In this document: positions 1 to 9,156 of the stretch, in pieces
How positions within the stretch are numbered: the stretch's first letter is position 1
Layout: each line of letters begins with the position of its first letter
Origin: an uncultured Candidatus Bathyarchaeia archaeon
Lineage (GTDB): Archaea > Thermoproteota > Bathyarchaeia > Bathyarchaeales > DTEX01
Direction of reading: 5' to 3'
Length of the DNA stretch: 64,000 nt
NCBI GenBank assembly: GCA_964508155.1
Contig: CAZDRE010000001.1
Location: 69,174 to 133,173 of the forward strand
The notes under the pieces: generated by a model
Told to the model about the DNA's origin: nothing
Seen by the model: the letters and a program-made list of their open reading frames with translations, nothing else
Database searches by the model: none
Translations under genes and position numbers: made by a program

Positions 1-504
1 AGGCTCAGCCACCACGATCATCGCCCCTACATGCTTGGCTGTTCCACGTGCAAGATGCTCTGTTCCAGCCTCCATATCAAGTATGACTGCCTCTCTTCTC
101 CTAATGATGAGATGGCGTAGAAGCATTCGAATGAGATAATTAGCTGGGCACATACATCCGCCTGATGCTTCCCTGACGACTCCCATGACGAGGAGATCAA
201 CCCCGCATGGAGTCTTAACTGCATATCGCCTAACGATATCGTCAACCGTAAAGTTCAGTCTGAAGAGCATGCCGTAAGAGTCTGGTCTCACACCAGTCTT
301 TTCCTCTATTAGATCCCAATTCTCAGATATTGGGGTTATCCTTTCAGCCTCATCGGCACTTAGCCCTAAGGTGTATGCTAGATTTGCATTTGGATCAGCA
401 TCGACCGCTAGGACCCTAAATCCCCTTTTATGAAGAATATATGCTAGTGCCCCTGCAATCGTTGTCTTTCCAACACCTCCCTTACCTGTTACGGCGACCT
501 TCAA
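1..504 (-). CDS. CooC/MinD-family P-loop NTPase (nickel-insertion accessory type); 3' end cut by window edge
   Basis: Absent from the ORF track because it runs off the edge. My reverse-strand translation from TTG at 504-502 reads MKVAVTGKGGVGKTTIAGALAYIL..VDADPNANL..GGCMCPANYL. It has a Walker A GKGGVGKT motif and a CxC motif. The in-frame stop at 543-541 leaves TTG as the only start. Confidence 0.75.
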   Translation of the reverse strand, partial: MKVAVTGKGGVGKTTIAGALAYILHKRGFRVLAVDADPNANLAYTLGLSADEAERITPISENWDLIEEKTGVRPDSYGMLFRLNFTVDDIVRRYAVKTPCGVDLLVMGVVREASGGCMCPANYLIRMLLRHLIIRRREAVILDMEAGTEHLARGTAKHVGAMIVVAEP

Positions 505-540
505 GACGACCTCTCCACAGCATAATCCTTTAGGTTTATA

Positions 541-1323
541 CTAGCCGTATCCGGCTCTCCTCATTATCTCCTTCACTGACTTATAAGCTGGTGAGGATGA
601 CGGCAATTCCAGAAGGGACTTCCCCGAGAAGATGTAGTCCTCAACGTTCTTATCGTATTTTATCTTACCCAAATATTTCATTCCATCCATCTCTCCGCTT
701 TTAGGTTTTAGATCCTCTGGAAATCTATAACCGCCAATCACATAGAAATTTTTGAATTCTATACCGACTTCATTCACGATTCTATAGGCCCTCTTTATAT
801 GCTCAAAGGATTTCTTGGATGGATCTATAATATCAAAGAGGTCATCGACTTTAGACGTTATTTTACGATTCAGATGCTCTAGGCCCGCTGGAGAGTCTAT
901 CAGGACGTATTTGTAGGTCTTCGTTAATCTCTGAAGCGCCATCTTTAAGGCTGCATCGGGGAGACAGTAGCATCCCTCAATCCACTTAGGCCCAACTGCC
1001 ATAAAATCGAAGTATTCACCTTCATAGAGTCCCTCCTCCCAGATCCTCCATTCTATCCTATCTGACGGTGGAATTCCAACAGTTGTCCCACTGCCCTCTA
1101 TGAAAGTCTCAATTAGCAACTCTGATATTGTCTTTTTTCCCTCATCCTCCAATGATACTCCAACTGCCTCGCCTAAATTTTGATCTGGGTCGATATCTAC
1201 GAGAAGAAGAGGGGTGGCGTTAATTTCAATGAAGTATTTAGTCATTAAGGCGACGAAGCTCGTCTTTCCGCTTCCACCCCTACCCATAGAAACTATCATC
1301 TTCATATGCTTCTCCAATTTCAA
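541..1323 (-). CDS. CooC-like P-loop NTPase paralog
   Basis: 260 aa. Has a deviant Walker A GRGGSGKTS, VDIDPDQNL, and a CYC (CxC) motif in EGCYCLPDAAL. The real start is possibly the internal MKMIVSMG. Confidence 0.75.
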   Translation of the reverse strand: MKLEKHMKMIVSMGRGGSGKTSFVALMTKYFIEINATPLLLVDIDPDQNLGEAVGVSLEDEGKKTISELLIETFIEGSGTTVGIPPSDRIEWRIWEEGLYEGEYFDFMAVGPKWIEGCYCLPDAALKMALQRLTKTYKYVLIDSPAGLEHLNRKITSKVDDLFDIIDPSKKSFEHIKRAYRIVNEVGIEFKNFYVIGGYRFPEDLKPKSGEMDGMKYLGKIKYDKNVEDYIFSGKSLLELPSSSPAYKSVKEIMRRAGYG

Positions 1324-1420
1324 ACTCGCTCAAAATTAATAAATGTTGCTTAGCGTTACTCTAGCATTACGGAGAAGCAAAGATTTAAATTAGCCGCGAT
1401 ATTTAAGATTTTGAAACTCA

Positions 1421-1618
1421 ATGTGCCTACTCAAGGTTTATCTTAGAATTGAGAAAGACAAACGCAGATTAATTGCTGAAGAAATAGCCTTTGTCTCAAG
1501 GGAAGGCGATAAATTAAGGTTAAGAGATGTGAATTTTAGGGAGACGGTATTGAGCGGCGTTGATATAGCCACGATAGATGCCTTAAACTCGATTCTCCTC
1601 ATCGAGAGAAAGGGGTGA
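1421..1618 (+). CDS. cooT: CooT-like small nickel-binding protein
   Basis: 65 aa starting MCLLKVYL. The Met-Cys N-terminus, the size and the overall pattern match the CooT family. It lies 6 nt upstream of a cooC paralog. Confidence 0.65.
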   Translation: MCLLKVYLRIEKDKRRLIAEEIAFVSREGDKLRLRDVNFRETVLSGVDIATIDALNSILLIERKG

Positions 1619-1624
1619 GTAGCA

Positions 1625-2386
1625 TTGAAGATAATGATCTGCGGGAAGGGGGGAACTGGAAAATCCGTAATCTCTGTTCTAGCGGCGAGAATACTATCCA
1701 AGAAGTATAGCGTATACCTTATCGATTCAGACGAATCCAACACGTTGCTTCCAGAGATGCTTGGGGCTCCACAGCCTAAACCATTAGTTGAGTATTTAGG
1801 CGGGAGGGGAAGCATATTCAAGAGGGGAGAGATCGATATTGTCAGAGCATTATCTAAGGCGGGCAGGGGCATAGCATTAAGGGATCTGCCCAGCGAGTAT
1901 GTCTCAAAGTCGCCTGAGGGAATAAGACTCATAATCATCGGCAAAGTCAGGAATTTCGGTGAGGGATGCGCATGTCCACTAAACTACCTTACGAGGACTC
2001 TGCTTAAGAATTTAGTCCTAAATGAGGATGAAGTCGTGCTTGTTGATACTGATGCTGGAATAGAGCATGTAGGGAGGAGGGTTGAGGAGGGAACTGACGC
2101 CATCCTAGCAGTTGCGGATCCAACGGCTGAATCCCTGAAGCTGACTAGAACCTTAAGGGATCAGTTTAAGCCGCTCAATAAGAAGTTCTGGCTTGTGCTG
2201 AATAAGGCATCTCCCGAAGTAGCCGATATGATGATAGAGAAGGCCGAGGAGATGGGTCTTAAAGTAAATGGCATAATAGGCTATGATGAGGAGATCTTCA
2301 AGTCATGCCTTGAAGGCAAAGTCTTGAGGGCTGGAGAGTCCATGCTTCAAATGGAGAACCTACTGAAAGCGATCAATCTTCTTTAG
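1625..2386 (+). CDS. cooC: CooC-family nickel-insertion ATPase
   Basis: 253 aa with a TTG start preceded by GGGGTGA. Has Walker A GKGGTGKS and a CxC motif in EGCACPLNYL. MinD/ParA-like fold. Confidence 0.8.
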   Translation: MKIMICGKGGTGKSVISVLAARILSKKYSVYLIDSDESNTLLPEMLGAPQPKPLVEYLGGRGSIFKRGEIDIVRALSKAGRGIALRDLPSEYVSKSPEGIRLIIIGKVRNFGEGCACPLNYLTRTLLKNLVLNEDEVVLVDTDAGIEHVGRRVEEGTDAILAVADPTAESLKLTRTLRDQFKPLNKKFWLVLNKASPEVADMMIEKAEEMGLKVNGIIGYDEEIFKSCLEGKVLRAGESMLQMENLLKAINLL

Positions 2387-2425
2387 CATAGGAGAACGTA
2401 ATGGCTACAGATAAAGGGATGACAT

Positions 2426-3343
2426 TTGATTAAGGATCCCTATGGAAGGCCTATTAGGAGCATCCGTATCTCAGTTACTCAGAGATGCAACTTAAGATGC
2501 TTCTATTGCCACCGTGAAGGTGAAGACGCTGCCAGCGGCATTACGGAGATGACTCCAGATGAGATCAAAAGGGTAGTCAGCGTGATCTCATCCTTTGGCA
2601 TTGGAAAGATTAAACTGACCGGTGGGGAGCCCCTAATCAGAGATGATATAATCGAGATCGTGAGGAAGATAAATGAGGTGTCTGGAGTTTCGGAGGTATC
2701 AATGACTACGAATGGAACTCTTCTAGAGGATCTTGCTGAGCCATTGAAGGATGCTGGTTTAACGAGGGTTAATGTGAGCCTTGATACGCTAGATGCAGAG
2801 ACTTATAGGATGATAACTGGCGTTGACGCCTTGGAGAGCGCCATTAGAGGCGTAAGGAGCGCTGTTAAAGCAGGATTGAGACCAGTAAAGATCAATATGG
2901 TTTTGCTTAAGGGCGTAAATAGCGATGAAGTCTGGGAGATGATAGATTTCGCTAGGAAGAATAATGTAATCTTGCAGCTCATAGAGCTTGAGTCTCCAGA
3001 TGAAAGCGAATTTTTTAGGAGATATCATGTCGATATGACTGGAATAGAGGATGAATTAAGGAGGCAAGCCGTAAGAGTGACTATTCGAAGCATGCATCAC
3101 AGAAGAAAGTATCTACTGCCGAATGGCGTTGAGGTTGAGGTAGTTAAGCCCATGCATAATACTGAATTCTGCAGATACTGTAATAGGATGCGTATAACGT
3201 CTGATGGTAAATTCAAGCCATGCCTATTCAGATCAGACAATCATGTGGATTTTTTAGGTCCAATGAGGAAGGGGGCATCAGACGATTATTTGAGAAGCCT
3301 ATTTATCGAGGCTGTTAAAAGGAGGAAGCCATACTTTACATAA
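2426..3343 (+). CDS. moaA: GTP 3',8-cyclase MoaA (molybdenum cofactor biosynthesis, radical SAM)
   Basis: 305 aa. Has the CNLRCFYCH radical SAM triad, GGEPL, and the C-terminal CRYCNRMRITSDGKFKPCL auxiliary cluster motif. Confidence 0.9.
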   Translation: MIKDPYGRPIRSIRISVTQRCNLRCFYCHREGEDAASGITEMTPDEIKRVVSVISSFGIGKIKLTGGEPLIRDDIIEIVRKINEVSGVSEVSMTTNGTLLEDLAEPLKDAGLTRVNVSLDTLDAETYRMITGVDALESAIRGVRSAVKAGLRPVKINMVLLKGVNSDEVWEMIDFARKNNVILQLIELESPDESEFFRRYHVDMTGIEDELRRQAVRVTIRSMHHRRKYLLPNGVEVEVVKPMHNTEFCRYCNRMRITSDGKFKPCLFRSDNHVDFLGPMRKGASDDYLRSLFIEAVKRRKPYFT

Positions 3344-3472
3344 ATGCTCTGATCCTCCGAGACGCTATACCAAAAAATTCTCCACCATAAACTGCCTTTA
3401 AGGTCCATTTAAGTTATCAGTTAATGCTAGAGAATCCGCAGTAGTGGGTGGCGGATACTATTGTTTGGCGAA

Positions 3473-3514
3473 TTTGTTTATTTTTTAAACAAATTTGCTT
3501 ATTTTTTAAACAAA
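3473..3514. promoter_or_regulatory. Two tandem 21-bp palindromic sites (putative operator overlapping an AT-rich promoter)
   Basis: Copy 1 is tttgtttattttttaaacaaa (3473-3493). Copy 2 is tttgcttattttttaaacaaa (3494-3514). Each is TTTGYTTA-N5-TAAACAAA. They lie about 60-100 nt upstream of the NifX-like gene. Confidence 0.35.
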
Positions 3515-3564
3515 ATTATTAAATATTCCGCATAATCTAGGCGAATATCGATTAGAATTTAGAG

Positions 3565-3918
3565 GTGAATATTATGGTTAGATTGGCATTCGCATCTGAG
3601 GATGATAGCGGATTAGACAGCCGAATATCAAGTCATTTCGGCAGATGCCCCTACTATACGTTTGTGGATGTAGAGGATAGAAAGGTGAGAAAAGTTGAGG
3701 TAAAGGCAAATCCATACTTTAATACTCACATGCCGGGAGCTATACCGCGATTCATAGCAAGCGAGAAGGCGAAGGTGGTTTTTGCGGGTGGAATGGGACC
3801 TAGAGCAGTCGAATGGTTCAATAGGCTTGGCGTTCAACCAATAACTGGGGTTTCAGGAAAAGTTAGGGATATACTCAATGATTATTTATCTGGCAGACTT
3901 AGAAGAACTGAAACTTAA
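3565..3918 (+). CDS. NifX/NifB-C-terminal-like (dinitrogenase FeMo-cofactor binding domain) protein
   Basis: 117 aa. The pattern SSHFGRCPYYTFVDVE...VFAGGMGPRAVEWFNRLGV is typical of this family. The likely true start is ATG 3574, preceded by GAGGTGA. Confidence 0.75.
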   Translation: MNIMVRLAFASEDDSGLDSRISSHFGRCPYYTFVDVEDRKVRKVEVKANPYFNTHMPGAIPRFIASEKAKVVFAGGMGPRAVEWFNRLGVQPITGVSGKVRDILNDYLSGRLRRTET

Positions 3919-4083
3919 TGAAACAGGTGAACAATTAGGGTTCGTATACGTTATCCAATGCTCTTTGAATGCGGATTTCTAAGAAATCTTAGTGTTAATG
4001 ATCCCTATTTTATGGGTTACCAGAGGAGATTGATGCTGACTTATAATTCTTAATGCCTAAGACTTCTCATATGTGCTTCCTAG

Positions 4084-4512
4084 TTATTTCCAGTCCAATA
4101 TTCTCTTTTCTCCTTCGATCTTCTTGATTTGAGTTATATCTTGTGTGACTTCTAAAGTTCCTAAATACCGGCCTTCTCTATCTCGAACTGCAAAGTATCT
4201 TATATAGATCAATCTTTCATTTAGTTTAATCCAGAATTCGGCGGAGTCTCTTTCGCCTTTCTTAAATGCTTCCAGAATTCTATTCACTATATGTATGCTT
4301 CTCTGCGGGTGGCACTCTTGTACTTTCCTTCCAATCACGGCCTTAGGTCTCTTAAAGATTCTGCTTTGGGCTTTATTAAAATATCTCACTGTGTCATTTT
4401 TGTCAACGAATGTTAGATCTACAGGTAAAGATTCAAGTAAAGCTTCGACCTCTTCCTTCAACAGAGATCCATTCTCAAATATCAATTTCTTCTTGTCTTC
4501 CATATTGTTCAC
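4084..4512 (-). CDS. Stand-alone PAS domain protein (of the type found C-terminal in DUF438/hemerythrin proteins)
   Basis: 142 aa. Contains LTFVDKNDTVRYFN...AVIGRKVQECHPQRSIHIVNRILEAFKKGERDSAEFWI. Confidence 0.6.
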   Translation of the reverse strand: MNNMEDKKKLIFENGSLLKEEVEALLESLPVDLTFVDKNDTVRYFNKAQSRIFKRPKAVIGRKVQECHPQRSIHIVNRILEAFKKGERDSAEFWIKLNERLIYIRYFAVRDREGRYLGTLEVTQDITQIKKIEGEKRILDWK

Positions 4513-4910
4513 TAACCCACGCTAATTTTAGTCATTAATCGTAAAAACATTTGCTATGCCTGAGGGGTAAAGCTCAAAATTGAGGGGCAATTTGAATGGT
4601 GTTGTGGATCGTTAAATCCGTTTGAATGTCCTCATATCGTCTAGACCTTCAGCCATTAAAAGATTCATCTAAGAGCCGACATGCATAGGAGAGTCGCGTC
4701 TATGCCTGCCCGATCAATTGATATAGGGATTATTGTTGTGAGCAGGGGCTTATGCCCCATCACTTTTCATTCCATCCGTTAACTCGCATGAGAGAAGATC
4801 TGTGAGTATTAAGCGATCATTTTTGCTCCGCTCTATTAGATGTGCAGGCGAAAAATATTGGGGGCAGACCGTCTCAAAACTGAAAGGTTTTTTATGGGGC
4901 TTCAAGAGAA

Positions 4911-5267
4911 CTAGAGTAGCAGAAGCTCCGCTTCTCTGAGTGTACCCTTTACCGGGTCTACCTCAAGCCCGAAGGCCTCTAAAGCTGTTACTCCCAGCAC
5001 CGTTATGTCCTCCTCCTCGCCCATAATCACAGTGACCGTACGCCGCCTTCCCATGAGCTCAATCCCAACCTCCCCTATATCCCTCTCGATATATCCGCCG
5101 AAGGCTCTGAACTTCCTCCTTTCGAGGGGTTTAACCTCCAGCTCCTCGAGTATCTTTCGTGGAATGACGCTGTACATGGCTCCAGTATCAACGATCCCCT
5201 CCCATTCAACGCTTCCCTTCGGAGCCAGAGGATTGAAGATCCCGAACTTAACCTTGATGAGCCCCAC
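4911..5267 (-). CDS. Retropepsin-like clan AA aspartic protease
   Basis: 118 aa with a GTG start preceded by GGTGATC. Has the catalytic VDTGA motif, a small single-lobe size and a GLEVDP tail. Confidence 0.7.
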   Translation of the reverse strand: MGLIKVKFGIFNPLAPKGSVEWEGIVDTGAMYSVIPRKILEELEVKPLERRKFRAFGGYIERDIGEVGIELMGRRRTVTVIMGEEEDITVLGVTALEAFGLEVDPVKGTLREAELLLL

Positions 5268-5662
5268 GTTTGATCACCGCATCTAATAACTCCTCCGATC
5301 CAATTTAAACATTTAGAGGGGAAGCTACAACCTAAGGCTTAATACTCCCCGAATGTTATAGACATGCTTCGTGTCTCATCCTCGAAGTATGCTCCTTTAA
5401 AAGCATGAAATGCACTTCCGAGTTTAGATCGATCCACGGATGGAAACTTTGCCGCGCAGGCGCGAAGAAAAAATTTCTATATAAAGTACGCTTCCTTTTC
5501 GAAAGCCTCAATATCAGCAATCTTCACGCTGTGAAGCGAAGGGTGCTATTATGTCTGATAGATGGTCTATTTAAACACTTAAGTGTACCATGCCAACTTA
5601 CTTCTCCATCCCCTCCGAGAAAGGCTTTAATCTGTAAAGGAAAATTGAATGTTCCGGGATGA

Positions 5663-8293
5663 GTGGTTATGAGCGGATCATCTTTTCGGAGCCCTCTCGG
5701 AGATGTTGCCAAATACTTTCTTTATACGGGAAATCGATTAAGGGAGATATCTTTTCCCATAGGTGGTATAGGGACTGGCTGCATAGGCCTCGCTGGAAAT
5801 GGAAGGCTTATCGACTGGGAGATCTTTAATAGGCCGAATAAGGGGAGTGTAAATGGTCTTTCACATTTTGCCGTTAAGGCTGAGGCAAAAGGAGCAGTTC
5901 TGGATGCAAGAGTCTTAACTGGCGATTTGCCCCCTCCATATTCCGGCGAAGTTCTTGGACGGGGCTCCGAGTCATTTGGCTTCGGGCCTCCTAGAGGCTA
6001 CTTGGCTGGTTTACCCCACTTTAGGGAGGTAGAGTTCGAGGGAACCTATCCGATTGCAACTTTAAGGTTTAGGGATAGTAGATTCCCTGGAAAGGTTAAG
6101 ATGACAGCATTTAACCCGTACATTCCACTTAACGATTTAGATTCAAGCATACCGTCAGCCTTCTTTGAGATTGAGGTTCAAAACACATCAGAGGAGACTA
6201 TTACATACACAATTTGCCTTTCGGTTCAAAATCCTCTGCCTGCCGGAACCACTGTGAACACGTATGGGAAGCGTGAGGGAACCCAATTCATAAGGATGAC
6301 ATCGAATAGACTCGAGGAGGATGATGTGAAATTCGGGGAGATAACAATAGCCACCGACTCAGAGAATGTCAGCTACCAAGAATATTGGTTTAGAGGGGAA
6401 ATGTTCGATTCCATGCATGTCTATTGGAGAGACTTCACATCACCTGGCAGACTAAAGAATCGCTGTTATCCTAAGCCTATGAGGGGAATACAGGATCATT
6501 CCTCCCTAGCAGCCCACATTGAGATGAAGCCGGGAGAGAAAGGAAGAGCCAGATTCGTTATATGCTGGAGATTTCCAAATTGCTACAATTACTGGAACCC
6601 TGAAGTTAGGGGACTTGAGAAACGCAGAACATGGAAGAACTATTATGCAACCGTCTTCGGTAACTCGGTTGAGACAGCCGTTTACTGCCTCAAAAATTGG
6701 GATAGACTATATGGGGAGACGAGGAAGTTCAGAGACAGCCTGTTCTCCTCAACTTTACCTCCATTCGTGATCGATGCCATCTCAGCGAATATCTCGATTC
6801 TTAAGACCCCCACGGTCCTCCGGCTTGAAGACGGATCCCTCTATGGATTTGAGGGGTGCCGTGCAAGATCGGGATGCTGCGAAGGAAGCTGCATGCATGT
6901 ATGGAGTTATGCTTATGCTCCCGCCTTTCTATTTCCAAAGCTCGACCGCTCAATGTGGGATCTACACTACAAGTACGATCAGCTGGAGGATGGAAGGATC
7001 ATCTTCCGCCTCCAGCTGCCGCTTGGCAGGGGACAAAGGAGATCTTCACGAGCCGCAGTGGATGGACAGTTCGGCAGCGTGATAAGAGCCTACCTTTACT
7101 GGAAGCTCACTGGAGATGATGATTGGCTTAGATCGAATTGGGATTCCATAAAGAGATCTATCAAGTACGCCTGGGCCGAGACGAATGAGGATAAGTGGGA
7201 TTCAAATAAGGACGGTGTCTTGGAGGGGAGGCAGCATCACACATGCGATAGGGAGCTCTTCGGTCCTAACTCTTGGTTGAATGGCTTCTACCTAGCAGCC
7301 TTAAAAGCCGGGGCTGAGATGGCTGAGTATCTAGAAGAAGCTAAGAAGGCCAAAGAGTACCTGAACTTATTCAGTAGGGGCAAGAGGTGGGTTGACAAGA
7401 ACCTCTTTAACGGCGAATATTATCATCAACTCATCAATCTACGGAGTAGATCGATCCTAGAAAGGTTCCAGCACAAAGACCCTAATGTCATAGACGCCTA
7501 CTGGGATGATGAGCATGGAGAGATAAAGTATCAAATAGGAGAAGGCTGCGGAGTCGATCAGGTTCTGGCGCAATGGCACGCTAACATCTGCAGTTTAGGC
7601 GAGATCTTCAATAAAAAACACATTAAGAAAGCGCTAAAATCAATATACAAATACAACTTTAAGAGCATGAGGGAATTCGAGAATCCATGCCGTGTCTTCA
7701 GCCTAAATGATGAGAGAGGAGTTGTCATATGCGAATGGCCAAAAGGTAAATATAAGCCAGTCATCCCCATTCTGTACGCTGAGGAGACATGGCCAGGCTG
7801 CGAATATGCTATTGCAAGCTTGATGATACAGGAGGGACTCATAGAAGAAGGGTTAGAGATCGTTAAGGCCGTCCGTGACAGATTCGACGGAGAGAAGAGG
7901 AATCCATGGAATGAATTTGAATGTGGAAGCAACTATGCCCGTTCAATGTCCTCTTACGCGCTTCTCCTAGCACTCAGCGGATTAAAATTCGACATGGTTA
8001 ACCTCAGAATAGAGATAGATCCTCCGAGATTGATCAATGGTCATTTCAGATGCTTCTGGTGTCTAGGAACGGGCTGGGGAAACTTTGAGATAAATCGGAG
8101 CTCCATTACAATCCACGTTCAATATGGAAGATTAAAGATTAAGATTTTAAGCCTGCCCTTCCTAGAGGGCAGGGAGATTAAAGAAGTGCTTGTTGGAAGG
8201 AGAAGAGTCGATTTTGAGAGATGCAATAACGAAATAATATTTGCCAAGCCCGTCTCGATAGAAAGTGGCTCAAAACTCACCGTTCAATTCTAA
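5663..8293 (+). CDS. GH116-type beta-glucosidase / glucosylceramidase-like glycoside hydrolase
   Basis: 876 aa. The N-terminal FPIGGIGTGCIGLAGNGRLIDWEIFNRPNK motif and a long C-terminal alpha/alpha-barrel-like region are typical of the GBA2/GH116 family. Confidence 0.85.
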   Translation: MVMSGSSFRSPLGDVAKYFLYTGNRLREISFPIGGIGTGCIGLAGNGRLIDWEIFNRPNKGSVNGLSHFAVKAEAKGAVLDARVLTGDLPPPYSGEVLGRGSESFGFGPPRGYLAGLPHFREVEFEGTYPIATLRFRDSRFPGKVKMTAFNPYIPLNDLDSSIPSAFFEIEVQNTSEETITYTICLSVQNPLPAGTTVNTYGKREGTQFIRMTSNRLEEDDVKFGEITIATDSENVSYQEYWFRGEMFDSMHVYWRDFTSPGRLKNRCYPKPMRGIQDHSSLAAHIEMKPGEKGRARFVICWRFPNCYNYWNPEVRGLEKRRTWKNYYATVFGNSVETAVYCLKNWDRLYGETRKFRDSLFSSTLPPFVIDAISANISILKTPTVLRLEDGSLYGFEGCRARSGCCEGSCMHVWSYAYAPAFLFPKLDRSMWDLHYKYDQLEDGRIIFRLQLPLGRGQRRSSRAAVDGQFGSVIRAYLYWKLTGDDDWLRSNWDSIKRSIKYAWAETNEDKWDSNKDGVLEGRQHHTCDRELFGPNSWLNGFYLAALKAGAEMAEYLEEAKKAKEYLNLFSRGKRWVDKNLFNGEYYHQLINLRSRSILERFQHKDPNVIDAYWDDEHGEIKYQIGEGCGVDQVLAQWHANICSLGEIFNKKHIKKALKSIYKYNFKSMREFENPCRVFSLNDERGVVICEWPKGKYKPVIPILYAEETWPGCEYAIASLMIQEGLIEEGLEIVKAVRDRFDGEKRNPWNEFECGSNYARSMSSYALLLALSGLKFDMVNLRIEIDPPRLINGHFRCFWCLGTGWGNFEINRSSITIHVQYGRLKIKILSLPFLEGREIKEVLVGRRRVDFERCNNEIIFAKPVSIESGSKLTVQF

Positions 8294-8394
8294 CCACCTC
8301 AATTTTAAATGTAAAAATGAGATTTCCCTGAAGCCAGAGGGATATGTCAGCCATACTAGGAGGTTTCACGGCGGCTCTTTTTATCTGAGTAATT

Positions 8395-9156
8395 TTACCC
8401 TATCAAACTTATCCTCTTCATTAAAGTTTTCTCGTGAACCCTTATTGACGCAATGAGGAATATTACCGTAAAAATGGGAATCATCGCGAAGTCCAGCAAT
8501 AGTGGATAGTATCCACAATTGAGGATTAGATGCCTCGCCATATCCGTGAAGTACGTAAGCGGCGAGAATGAGGCTATTATCTTGCCCCAAGCTGGCATCT
8601 GCCTGATCGGCATGAAGACTCCACTGATGAAGATCAAAGGAAACTTAACGAGTGTAGAGAGCATCATAGCAGTTGCTGGAATATCCGAGGGGGGATAAGC
8701 CGAGAGTAGAACGCTGAGGGTGGAAAAGCAGAAGGCCGCTAAGATCAAGCCTAAAAGCAGAACTGAAAAGTTTAATATATCAACGCCTAGGATTATGGTT
8801 GAAATTAATGGAATTATGGATATTGCAAGTCCAAATATGAATGATGACAACATGTCCCCCAATAGTATCGCCCATACTGAGATTGGACAGCAGAGAAGCC
8901 TCTCCAAAGTCCTTGATCGAGTCTCCCAGGGCATTATGGATGGCCCTACTGACGTAGCCGTAAAGAATACCGTCATGCTAATTAAGCCGGGCAAAAGTTC
9001 CTTAATGGACATATTCCTCCCTACTATGTATGCTAGGAAAAGGAAGAAGGGGAGTAGCAGACCGAAGATTATCACGGGACCCTTCAAATAATATATTCTA
9101 ATATTCTTTTTTGTAACAGCAAATGACCTCTTCAGTTGAATGAATACTCGATTCAT
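8395..9156 (-). CDS. ABC-2 type exporter permease
   Basis: 253 aa with about 6 hydrophobic helices. Overlaps the upstream ATPase gene by 4 nt. Confidence 0.75.
   Translation of the reverse strand: MNRVFIQLKRSFAVTKKNIRIYYLKGPVIIFGLLLPFFLFLAYIVGRNMSIKELLPGLISMTVFFTATSVGPSIMPWETRSRTLERLLCCPISVWAILLGDMLSSFIFGLAISIIPLISTIILGVDILNFSVLLLGLILAAFCFSTLSVLLSAYPPSDIPATAMMLSTLVKFPLIFISGVFMPIRQMPAWGKIIASFSPLTYFTDMARHLILNCGYYPLLLDFAMIPIFTVIFLIASIRVHEKTLMKRISLIG

Noticed and set aside
1438-1944. 168-aa minus-strand ORF over cooT and the start of cooC.
   Set aside because: It is antisense to two genes with clear family motifs. It has no motif of its own.
5405-5662. 85-aa ORF in the same frame as GH116, separated only by a TGA. 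Possible readthrough, selenocysteine or N-terminal extension.
   Set aside because: The upstream translation is not protein-like. GH116 homology begins after 5663. No SECIS-like context was noticed.
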